Source: Promethearchaeota archaeon (GTDB taxonomy: Archaea; Asgardarchaeota; Lokiarchaeia; Sigyniarchaeales; SOKP01). From it: DNA of 38,586 nucleotides. Where the stretch lies: NCBI GenBank assembly GCA_008080735.1, contig SHMW01000034.1, positions 1 through 38,586 on the forward strand, written 5' to 3'. The position numbers were made by a program, and so were the translations under genes. Below the pieces are notes generated by a model. That model had not been told where the DNA came from, ran no database searches, and was given only the letters and a program-made list of their open reading frames with translations. This document shows, piece by piece, positions 19,568 to 28,083 of this stretch; position 1 is the first letter of the stretch, and each line of letters begins with the position of its first letter.

Positions 19568-21421
19568 ATGAATAGAAGCAAAATTAAACCGATAAAGAAT
19601 GCGGATAAGATCGCCGCGGGTGAGGTGGTAGAACGCCCCGCCAATGTCGTAAAAGAATTAATGGAAAACAGCATTGATGCAGGATCCGATAATATCCGAA
19701 TAAATATTCGAAAAGCTGGCAAACTATCAATACAAATTATCGATGATGGTATAGGAATCCCCTCGGATGAGATGGAATTAGCCTTTGAAAATCATACGAG
19801 CAGCAAAATTAGAAGTATTGAGGATTTGGAAACACTTACAACATTAGGATTCCGTGGAGAAGCTCTCGCAAGCATTGCCGCGGTGAGTAAAATAGAAATC
19901 ACCTCCAGAACGGAGGAAGAAGAGCTTGGAACTCAGTTGATCATTGAGGGAGGGCAGATTAAACATAAAAAACGAGTCTCAGCGCCCACTGGTACCAATA
20001 TAGCAGTGAAAAATCTATTTTATAATACCCCGGCGCGACAAAAATTTCTCAAGACAGACTCAACCGAATTAGGACATATCACCGATATCGTACAACGATA
20101 CGCTCTGGCTTATCCTCATCTACATTTTATTTATGCTCATAATGAATTAATGATGCTGAACTGTCCGGCGAATAATGATTTAAAAACCACCATTTTTCAT
20201 ATTTACGGAAAAAAGATTGCGAAAATGTGCGAAGACATTAATTACAAGGAAAAGGGATATCTCTTTGATGTGTCTGGCTTCATAGGGCATCCTGATATAG
20301 CAAAAAAAGGAAAACATTATTCCAGCATTTTTATTAACAAGCGATTCATTAAAAGCAATCTATTATTCAGGGCTGTTAAGGATGCTTATGAGGGAATTCT
20401 TATGATAAATAAAAATCCCTTTTTTGTAATTAATCTGGAGGTGGATCCTTCTGTAATTGATTTTAATATTCATCCTAAAAAAATGAAAGTTCGATTTGAA
20501 GATGAGGATTTTGTCTACAACAAATTATTCACGATTATTTCTTACAATACTCAGAAATATTTTATAAAAGAAGAGTCAAGATATCTGAGCACTAATTTAG
20601 AAAAATTCGAAAAGGGGGATAAAAAATTAGAGTATGAGCGGCCAATAGAGACAGATATGAATCTAAAATATGAGGAACCTTTGGGTATAGAAGACTCCCT
20701 AAAAGAAGATCTCTCGTCTGTGCAATTAAATCTGGATGAGAATATCATACTTGATGGAAATAAGTTTGGATCGGAAGGGATTCTTCGAAATAAATACATT
20801 TCCGTCGATAACTTTCCTCTTGTAAGGCCAATATCTCTAACTGGTCAATTGAGTAATAATATTTATATAATTCTGGAAGGGATTAATCAAGAAAATGAAA
20901 AAGGGTTTTTCATCCTCGATCAACATGCTGCCTCAGAGCGCATTAATAAAGAATTTCTTCTTAAACAGTATGATACCTCGCACAAGAGCAAACAAAAATT
21001 AATTTCTCCACTTAAAATAGAGGTGTCTGTTAGTGAGAAATCATTTTTAGAGGATAATTTGGATGAAATTAGACAACTGGGATTTAATTTAGAACCTTTT
21101 AGAGGAAATACATTCATTCTTAGGGAGATTCCAGTTATATTTGATAAAGAAATAACCCCATTATTAATAAAGGACATCATCTCTGATATTACAGAAATTG
21201 GTAGAGATGAGAGCTTTAAAAATATAAAAGAAGAAATTATTAATTATCTCTCATGCCATAGGAGTATTCGTGGAGGGGATGATTTGTCTTTGAACGATAT
21301 ACGAAAACTTATAATTCAATTGGCAAATTGCGATGATCCGTTCCATTGTGCACATGGACGCCCCACCTTGAAGTTTTTCTCGTTCAAGGACTTGGATAAG
21401 TTATTTAAAAGAACCGGATAA
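19568..21421 (+). CDS. mutL: DNA mismatch repair endonuclease MutL
   Basis: IAAGEVVERP, ENSIDAG, DDGIG, GFRGEALASI, NIHPKK, endonuclease motif DQHAASERINKE, SCH, CAHGRP. Confidence 0.97.
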   Translation: MNRSKIKPIKNADKIAAGEVVERPANVVKELMENSIDAGSDNIRINIRKAGKLSIQIIDDGIGIPSDEMELAFENHTSSKIRSIEDLETLTTLGFRGEALASIAAVSKIEITSRTEEEELGTQLIIEGGQIKHKKRVSAPTGTNIAVKNLFYNTPARQKFLKTDSTELGHITDIVQRYALAYPHLHFIYAHNELMMLNCPANNDLKTTIFHIYGKKIAKMCEDINYKEKGYLFDVSGFIGHPDIAKKGKHYSSIFINKRFIKSNLLFRAVKDAYEGILMINKNPFFVINLEVDPSVIDFNIHPKKMKVRFEDEDFVYNKLFTIISYNTQKYFIKEESRYLSTNLEKFEKGDKKLEYERPIETDMNLKYEEPLGIEDSLKEDLSSVQLNLDENIILDGNKFGSEGILRNKYISVDNFPLVRPISLTGQLSNNIYIILEGINQENEKGFFILDQHAASERINKEFLLKQYDTSHKSKQKLISPLKIEVSVSEKSFLEDNLDEIRQLGFNLEPFRGNTFILREIPVIFDKEITPLLIKDIISDITEIGRDESFKNIKEEIINYLSCHRSIRGGDDLSLNDIRKLIIQLANCDDPFHCAHGRPTLKFFSFKDLDKLFKRTG

Positions 21422-21636
21422 TAAATTATCTCTCTATACCATGTTCAAGAAGGAAACTTTTCTACTTTTTTTATCCTTACATAGTTCAGATGAATTTCAA
21501 TTTACGCAAAATTCCTTAATAAGGAGTAGAAACTTTAGGAATTGGATTAGATGACTCTTGAAATAATTTAGGAGTTTAAATAGTCCTTCCCAAATGAAGA
21601 TTGTCCATACTAAAGAGATTCAATAGGATGGTATTT

Positions 21637-21777
21637 ATGACAAAATGTAATATCTGTTATGAGAAAATCGAACGTAAAGAATTACCTAAACAAATGAAAA
21701 TTTCCCTCGGAGATTTTAAAGAAGGACATTTCGTGACTAAAAAATCGTTATATTGCCATATTGATTGTATGATATAA
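21637..21777 (+). CDS. Small zinc-finger protein (46 aa, CxxC...HxxC, PARP-type-finger-like); absent from the ORF track
   Basis: Manual translation MTKCNICYEKIERKELPKQMKISLGDFKEGHFVTKKSLYCHIDCMI*; purine-rich AGGATGG upstream; alternative in-frame ATG at 21628. Confidence 0.7.
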   Translation: MTKCNICYEKIERKELPKQMKISLGDFKEGHFVTKKSLYCHIDCMI

Positions 21778-21824
21778 AAATAAATGAGAGAAATCAGATT
21801 AAAATTCAAATTTCTTTTTTCTTT

Positions 21825-22091
21825 TTACGCTTTTGAGAAGGCAATTCCCTCAATTCCTTGTAATCCATCTACTTGTGAAAATAATTCTTCAAGCTTGTCC
21901 GTACCGCCCCATTCCTCTGGATATCTTACACGTAATCTCACCTTCTTCAACCCAAACGCAACGGGCATAACCTCGTGGTGGGCAATTTTGGCATCCTCGG
22001 GAAGTGTTTTTGCCAATTTTTCAACGAGATTTTCAAAATTTGTTTCAATATCTTCTGGTATCACATCTATTAACGCTACAAAATCTCCCAT
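21825..22091 (-). CDS. ef1b: Archaeal translation elongation factor 1-beta
   Basis: 88 aa, V.PED, PVAFGLK, GGTDKLEE; directly downstream of the DUF1610 gene as in other archaea. Confidence 0.93.
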   Translation of the reverse strand: MGDFVALIDVIPEDIETNFENLVEKLAKTLPEDAKIAHHEVMPVAFGLKKVRLRVRYPEEWGGTDKLEELFSQVDGLQGIEGIAFSKA

Positions 22092-22164
22092 AATTTATAT
22101 TCCCTTTTTAATCACTATTTAGGATATTTAATTAATTAAATTGAAATTTATTATGTCTTCTCCT

Positions 22165-22341
22165 TCATGGACCTTCAAAATCACATTTTAAGCATCGGTA
22201 TGTTTTTCCACGCTCGCGACAAGCCTCACATCTCCAAATAGTCACATCTCCGCAATTTGGACATGGAAAATGAACTGCTGATTCGTATGGCGTTATAGGT
22301 CGACCACAACAAGAACATACATTTTGTTTAGCTGTTGACAT
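22165..22341 (-). CDS. Zinc-ribbon protein (DUF1610 / HVO_2753 family)
   Basis: CSCC, FPCPNCG, IWRCEACR, YRCLKCDFEGP; ATG 22341. Confidence 0.9.
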   Translation of the reverse strand: MSTAKQNVCSCCGRPITPYESAVHFPCPNCGDVTIWRCEACRERGKTYRCLKCDFEGP

Positions 22342-22591
22342 GTTATACGTAATCAATAAGATGATTAATTTTAACTTAACAAATTAAATTAAGAATAACT
22401 TTAATTTTTTTTGATTTTATCCGCAAGTAATACTAGTTAGAAATACCTATCTATATTGATTGATATAATGAAATTCACCAATAATCAGAAGGATTGAGAA
22501 CATGAAAGAATTTTTCCATAAAACATTTATTCCCAATTTTCATAATGTAAACTAAAAACAAATCTGTATTATATTTTTAAGGGGGTAAAAA

Positions 22592-22984
22592 ATGAATTTT
22601 TTAGCAATTCTAATAGCTTCTGGAGTTTTTTACTTCATTATCTTCTTTTGGTACTGGCCGTCTTTTTTAGGTAATATTTGGCTTATATTAATTGAGAAAG
22701 AAGAAGAACCAAAAGAGAAGATAATACGAGATTCCCTACTAATGATACCCACTTCCCTCATTATAAATTTTGCGCTGGGATATTTTTTTGATTTATTGTT
22801 GCTACCAGATATAATATTTAAATTAATTATTATCTTGGTAATTTTTGGTGGTTTAATTTTACCTATCGCGATAAATCAGAGCGCATTCATGGGAAGGACA
22901 AATTTCAAGCTATTTTTGATTGAATATGGTGTGTATTTTGTAGCTTTCATAGCTTCTGGATTGATAATTGCTCTATGGCCTTAA
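22592..22984 (+). CDS. DUF1761-like small membrane protein (4 TM)
   Basis: MNFLAILIA...WY.P..LG..W N-terminal pattern; KLFLIEYG C-terminal pattern. Confidence 0.7.
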   Translation: MNFLAILIASGVFYFIIFFWYWPSFLGNIWLILIEKEEEPKEKIIRDSLLMIPTSLIINFALGYFFDLLLLPDIIFKLIIILVIFGGLILPIAINQSAFMGRTNFKLFLIEYGVYFVAFIASGLIIALWP

Positions 22985-23127
22985 AATATCATTATCTAAA
23001 TTCCTTTTTTTCCTCTTATTGATTAAAATTCGGATTAGATTATTGTTTTTAATGGTAAGATCTACAATATATTTATATCTAAATTGCTTTATTTAATCTA
23101 TAAGTGTCCATTGAAAATTTTCATACA

Positions 23128-23133
23128 AGGTGA
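23128..23133 (+). promoter_or_regulatory. Shine-Dalgarno AGGTGA preceding a putative ATT start at 23140
   Basis: Consensus SD 6 nt upstream of an in-frame ATT. Confidence 0.55.
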
Positions 23134-23139
23134 AGTGTT

Positions 23140-23676
23140 ATTTCGAGTGGTCAACCAAATAGTAAAGTAAAAAAATATTTTTCTCTGATTGAGGTATGGG
23201 CCTATTGTGCCATTTGTAAAGAACTCATCCCAATGCGAGTGGACAAGGATGAAATTCAACAAGGTTTAGAATTGGGAATTTATACAAAGGAATATAAACA
23301 TACAAATCCATATCCCGACCCAGATGAGATAGATGACCAAAGTGTTAACGAACACACCATCTACGTTTATATTGATTCTAATTATAATGTCACAGGAGTG
23401 AAATCCTTTTTTGGTGATTCACCATCATTAGACGATTTACAAGCCCCCGAAGAGGGAGGTGAAGTACGAGTTCCTATTGTGGTTAAGGACGTCCCCGAGA
23501 TGAGCGTCCATTTAGGGATGCTCACACAAGAGGAATACAAAGTTCTAAAAATTTGTGATGGGATGAATACATTGGAACAAGTTGCTGAAATTGCCCAGAA
23601 AGATGTGACGGAGTTAGAGGAGATGATGGAGCGCCTCAGGGACAAAGGATTGGTCAAAGTAATCAAACGTTCATAA
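23140..23676 (+). CDS. Putative regulator with CxxC/His metal-binding domain and C-terminal winged helix-turn-helix (track start ATG 23233)
   Basis: Frame open from 23134, adding SSGQPNSKVKKYFSLIEVWAYCAICKELIP; later KH...HTIYVYID.NY; C-terminal LTQEEYKVLKICDG..TLEQVAE...LRDKGLV wHTH. Confidence 0.7.
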   Translation: MSSGQPNSKVKKYFSLIEVWAYCAICKELIPMRVDKDEIQQGLELGIYTKEYKHTNPYPDPDEIDDQSVNEHTIYVYIDSNYNVTGVKSFFGDSPSLDDLQAPEEGGEVRVPIVVKDVPEMSVHLGMLTQEEYKVLKICDGMNTLEQVAEIAQKDVTELEEMMERLRDKGLVKVIKRS

Positions 23677-23735
23677 ATTTAAACACATAATTTTTTCTCA
23701 ATCTTTTACTTCTCTTATTTTAAATTATTTTCATC

Positions 23736-25454
23736 TTAAAGCAGCGCATAGATCGCAATATCAATTCCAAAAATAGTTGTAATCGCTGAACCGAAGAAGA
23801 AAAATAGAATGTCAACAGAGAATATAAGTCGGATAGTCATTGCCTTGTTCTTTTCATAAATTAGAGTATTAAGAATCAGAACGGATATAAAGGCGAGATA
23901 AGTCATCAAGAGGGAGGGCAAGAACACCCATATTCGGTTAAAATAGATGATTGAAATTTGAATTAAAATTGATAATGCAATAATGATTTTGGTCTTTGTC
24001 CGTTCAGAATCGATGAAATTCAATAAAGGATAAATTATGCTGCGGTAAAATAATTCCATCGCGAGAAATATGGGGATGATGGTAAAACCCATAATGATCG
24101 ATTGTAAATTGCTAGGCCAGACAAAAGCAAAAGGATATGAAACAGTGAACACCACATAAAATCCTTGGAAGATACCAGAAGCTAATATACCATACATTAT
24201 ATAATTGGTTTTTAATTCTTGGGTAAGTCTACTCTTGAGCTTATGTTTCAGACCGAATTCTAAAGTATCTTCAGAAGCTCTATTTTTAAAATGCAGAGCA
24301 AGATATAGAACGGAATAAATTACTAATAATGCGAAGGAGCCATAAAAAATTCCGGCTAATCTAAAAACATTGGAAAAAAATGTCCAAATTCCTATAAATG
24401 TTATGCAAGCTAAAAGGATCCATGAAAGTCTAAGGACCTTATCCTTGGTTGAGTAATTTTCCTTATATCGTAAAGCAATTCGTTCTATTTTTATTGTTTC
24501 AAAGGAAAAGAAATTACTTGAAAGAGAGATAATAAGAAATATTATCCCAAATAACAAACTGAAGCTAATTCCAAGCAAAGCGTAATTAAACATAAAACTA
24601 ATCGTGATTGGTCCATTGACAAACCCAAAAAAGTTTATTTCGATCCAAGATATCATATCTGTTATTATATTACTATTGATCATTAAATGAGCGCCGCCTA
24701 TCATGGGCCCTTCATAAAGCGAAAGCGTACTATTTGTTAAGTTATATGCAACGACAGCATGTTTTCTATAATCAAGTAAACCATCATCTTTATGAGCCAT
24801 TAGGAGTAAATTCTGTGTATTACTTTTATTTAAATAGTCAACGGGTAAATTATTTTCAAAGTGTGGATGATAAAGCACATTATGGCTAACTAATGGTGCC
24901 AAAGCGACAGTTGTATTAATTCTCTCATCAAGAATACTTGTCATTAACACAATAGCTCCTCCAAGAGAATGTCCAACTAAGCCAATTTGAGAAGAATTAA
25001 TACTTGAAGAATAGATAGGAAGAGTCTCAATTTTATCAAGTAATTTGGACACATCTTCATAAATGGCAAGGTTGCCAGTATCTGGATTTAGATCAAACAT
25101 AGTACCTCCGCTCTGACCGTGTCCATGATAATCTAAAGTCGCAACGAAAAATCCCCTTTTTACCAATTCTATGGGAAAATGGAGATCAAAATTTCTATCA
25201 TTTCCTAGCCCGTGGACATAGATGATCAAAGGTTTTTTGTCTTGAAATTCTATATCTTTAGAAGGATGATAAAGATTGGCAAATAATCTTGTGTTAACAT
25301 GCTCAAATTCTATTTGCTGATATGAATGATACGCTTGAGATTTATTCGATTGAAGAATTGTAAGTGAGAAGAAAAAGACCAAAAACGTCAAAAATAGGAT
25401 AAATAGTTGGTTCTCATCTCGTTTACTAATATCTCCAAAAATCAACATAAACAC
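23736..25454 (-). CDS. Membrane-anchored alpha/beta hydrolase with C-terminal multi-TM domain
   Basis: N-terminal signal/TM segment, VHGLG, DYHGHGQS, GHSLGG, later Asp and His candidates; about 8 C-terminal TM segments. Confidence 0.85.
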   Translation of the reverse strand: MFMLIFGDISKRDENQLFILFLTFLVFFFSLTILQSNKSQAYHSYQQIEFEHVNTRLFANLYHPSKDIEFQDKKPLIIYVHGLGNDRNFDLHFPIELVKRGFFVATLDYHGHGQSGGTMFDLNPDTGNLAIYEDVSKLLDKIETLPIYSSSINSSQIGLVGHSLGGAIVLMTSILDERINTTVALAPLVSHNVLYHPHFENNLPVDYLNKSNTQNLLLMAHKDDGLLDYRKHAVVAYNLTNSTLSLYEGPMIGGAHLMINSNIITDMISWIEINFFGFVNGPITISFMFNYALLGISFSLLFGIIFLIISLSSNFFSFETIKIERIALRYKENYSTKDKVLRLSWILLACITFIGIWTFFSNVFRLAGIFYGSFALLVIYSVLYLALHFKNRASEDTLEFGLKHKLKSRLTQELKTNYIMYGILASGIFQGFYVVFTVSYPFAFVWPSNLQSIIMGFTIIPIFLAMELFYRSIIYPLLNFIDSERTKTKIIIALSILIQISIIYFNRIWVFLPSLLMTYLAFISVLILNTLIYEKNKAMTIRLIFSVDILFFFFGSAITTIFGIDIAIYALL

Positions 25455-25513
25455 CTTTTAAAAATTCTAATGTATTATTTATTTTCAAATCATATTTTTT
25501 ATTGATGTTAATA

Positions 25514-26299
25514 TTATTTCTCTTTCGATAATTGATTGAGCATTTCAAAATAGTGATTTTCTTCCTGAATATGCTCTTTTAATAGATATATTAGTCTCAA
25601 CAAACTCATTAATAACGTCGTTTTGAGTAATATGAAAAAAACATATTCGAAAGTAAGCGGGACTGATAACACCAGGAAGATTAAACCCATTAATATTATT
25701 GATAAAACTAAAATTGAACTTGAAATAATAAGAGAAATACCAAAAAAATTTCTCTCCACGATAGGTTTATTTAATGCATCCGAAAGTTGTTTAGCAAGGG
25801 AATAGCAATCATTTTCTTCACCATAACACATCTTTTGTCTCTTATGAGAGGATGTAATACAAGAGACGATAAATCGGTTGTCAAGGTAAAGATTTTCTGA
25901 AATAGTTAATGCTTCTATTTTCCCGAAGGATAGGGAATCTTTTTCATGGATGCGAGAAGATTTTCTTATGATATCAACCTTTTTCTTGCTTTTACTAAAG
26001 ACCCATTGAATTTTCAAATTTTTATATGAAGAATATCCAATATAGAGAAAAATAATGATTATAATATCAAAGATCAAAGAGATAAAGCCTAAAACGATTA
26101 AACCGATCTGAATTGCTACTAGTAGGTCTAAAGTGTCTAAGCTAAAAAAAACAATAAATACTAAATAAATCGTACCTGACTCAGATTTATCTACATCTAC
26201 AATAATTTTATTTTTATCCTCTGATATTTCAAAATTTCTATTTATAATTTCTTTTTGTTGAATTTCTGTATCAACTTGGTTTTCCGCCGAGGATATCAT
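25514..26299 (-). CDS. Hypothetical membrane protein (2 TM + soluble beta-rich domain + 2 TM)
   Basis: 261-aa ORF with four hydrophobic segments flanking a basic soluble region. Confidence 0.7.
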   Translation of the reverse strand: MISSAENQVDTEIQQKEIINRNFEISEDKNKIIVDVDKSESGTIYLVFIVFFSLDTLDLLVAIQIGLIVLGFISLIFDIIIIIFLYIGYSSYKNLKIQWVFSKSKKKVDIIRKSSRIHEKDSLSFGKIEALTISENLYLDNRFIVSCITSSHKRQKMCYGEENDCYSLAKQLSDALNKPIVERNFFGISLIISSSILVLSIILMGLIFLVLSVPLTFEYVFFILLKTTLLMSLLRLIYLLKEHIQEENHYFEMLNQLSKEK

Positions 26300-26421
26300 T
26301 TTTCTGGTAATTTGAGTTATAATATTTTTATTATAGATTTTATAAGAATGGTAATTTTATCTGATGTTTAATATTTGTCAAATTAAACTTAAATAATTAT
26401 TAAAAAGGTTGTATATATTGA

Positions 26422-27384
26422 ATGGTGGGAGAAAAGTTTTGTAATATCGTTAACAGCGAAAGTTTAGAAATATCTATTTTGGAGAAAAGCCATTTTAGCA
26501 TAGGGACTTCCCCTTATTACGCACATCAAAATGGGTTAGCCATAGATATATATCAAACAATCTCTATACAAAATTATGATGTTTTGAGTCCAGTGTCTGG
26601 AGAGGTTATTACTATTAAAGAAATGAGGGCTCCCAAACCTAAATTTCATGGGGGAACAGATAAAGAATATTTAACATTGATAAAGGATTCTCGAAATGAA
26701 TCCTTTGTGTATAAAATCCTCCATGTGATCCCATCCATGAGGGAGGGAGATCATGTTAAGATCGGAGATAAAATTGGAAGAACTATTCGGAATGGATATT
26801 TTGCCTATTGGTCTAGCCCGCATATCCATTTGGAAATTAGACCTAAGGATGATGCGGTTAGAGCTCGAGGGGGTAATCCCTTCAAACTCCTAATAAAAAA
26901 GAAAAATGAAAAACAAAATCAGATTTCTGAGAATCATAAACCCTCAGTTAGCAAGAATGTCCCAATAATAATCCAAAAAATATTTCCCGAATTTATTTTA
27001 GCTTCATTACCCGTCCATTTATCTCATAATTTTGGTCACCTTTATGGAGTAAAAGGAATGGTTGGGGGGCAGAGCTGTATTTTAGATGGCGGTATTCCTA
27101 TGTATAAAAAAGGTATTATTGTGTTTGGTGAAACAAAAGAAGCATCAAAATCACGGGCTGTGTATTTTGGTTCCATAAAAATTGGAGAAATTAAAAAAAT
27201 TAGGGATAGGTTCGGACTTGTGGATTTTGATCCAGTGGAATTGTTTTTAGATGAGATAAAAATTCGGGGTGTATCTCTATTTTTGACTCTTAAACATCCT
27301 CCTCTATTAAAAATAATTCCATTTAAAAAAAACCTTTTTTCGCTTGAAGTTGATTCAACTCATTCTCTCTCTCTTCGTTCTTAA
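26422..27384 (+). CDS. M23/LytM-like zinc metallopeptidase domain protein (archaeal type, no signal peptide)
   Basis: H..GLAID, VLSPVSGEV, LHV, VKIGDKIG, SSPHIHLEIR (HxH). Confidence 0.72.
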   Translation: MVGEKFCNIVNSESLEISILEKSHFSIGTSPYYAHQNGLAIDIYQTISIQNYDVLSPVSGEVITIKEMRAPKPKFHGGTDKEYLTLIKDSRNESFVYKILHVIPSMREGDHVKIGDKIGRTIRNGYFAYWSSPHIHLEIRPKDDAVRARGGNPFKLLIKKKNEKQNQISENHKPSVSKNVPIIIQKIFPEFILASLPVHLSHNFGHLYGVKGMVGGQSCILDGGIPMYKKGIIVFGETKEASKSRAVYFGSIKIGEIKKIRDRFGLVDFDPVELFLDEIKIRGVSLFLTLKHPPLLKIIPFKKNLFSLEVDSTHSLSLRS

Positions 27385-27429
27385 GATAAGAAGAGTTATA
27401 ACAAAAATGGAAGCAATAAGAATAGCATT

Positions 27430-28083
27430 TCAATTCGATTTAGATATTATTACCTTCCCCTTTTCCAAACCTAAATGTAATGCTTCAATATTCATATCTG
27501 GGTCTCTTAACCACTCCTTAATAACTTCTTCGTAATGTTCCATTTCAATAAAGGGTAATTTACCCGTTGCTATCGCAAATCCCAGCATTACTATATTTAA
27601 TTGCTGATTATCATTAAAATTGTCCAAAGCTAGCTGAGTCGCATTCATAAAAAATACACTCTCAGCATTTGCTTTCAAAATTTTTCCAATCCGCCCCAAG
27701 GAAGGATATTCTTCTAAATCAGCAGTAATCATCACCCCTGGAATTGTTCTCTCATTTAAGACAAAAGTGGTCTTATCCGAGGAAAAAATTCCTCTTCTTA
27801 ATGCTTCTACAGGTTCAAGGCAAATATATAGATCCGCATCCCCATAACAAATAAGAGGAGATTGTAAATTTTTGCGCGGATCATCGAACGCCTTCTTTTG
27901 ATAGCGTGTATGACTGGTGATTGCGCCTTCTCGTTGTGCTAGCCCATGCATTTCTGATCCCAGAATCAAATCTGCATTGGCCTTTTGCGCAGCGAACTCA
28001 ATAAGTCTCTTAAGGGTTATCACCCCTTGACCAGCAGTTCCAGCGATAACAATATTTAATATATCCGTCTCTTTATAATTCAC
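27430..28083 (-). CDS. iorB: Indolepyruvate:ferredoxin oxidoreductase beta subunit
   Basis: AGTAGQGV, SEMHGLAQREG, LEPVEALR, NIVMLG; overlaps the iorA stop. Confidence 0.92.
   Translation of the reverse strand: MNYKETDILNIVIAGTAGQGVITLKRLIEFAAQKANADLILGSEMHGLAQREGAITSHTRYQKKAFDDPRKNLQSPLICYGDADLYICLEPVEALRRGIFSSDKTTFVLNERTIPGVMITADLEEYPSLGRIGKILKANAESVFFMNATQLALDNFNDNQQLNIVMLGFAIATGKLPFIEMEHYEEVIKEWLRDPDMNIEALHLGLEKGKVIISKSN

Noticed and set aside
89-21421. Methyl-directed mismatch repair link between the N6-methyltransferase and mutS/mutL
   Set aside because: They are over 12 kb apart, the methylase is not Dam-like, no MutH is present, and MutL has its own nuclease motif
21441-21554. 37-aa ORF MFKKETFLLF... 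after mutL
   Set aside because: No motif or ribosome binding site; it overlaps a T-rich terminator-like tract
21784-22122. 112-aa + strand ORF
   Set aside because: Antisense shadow of EF-1beta
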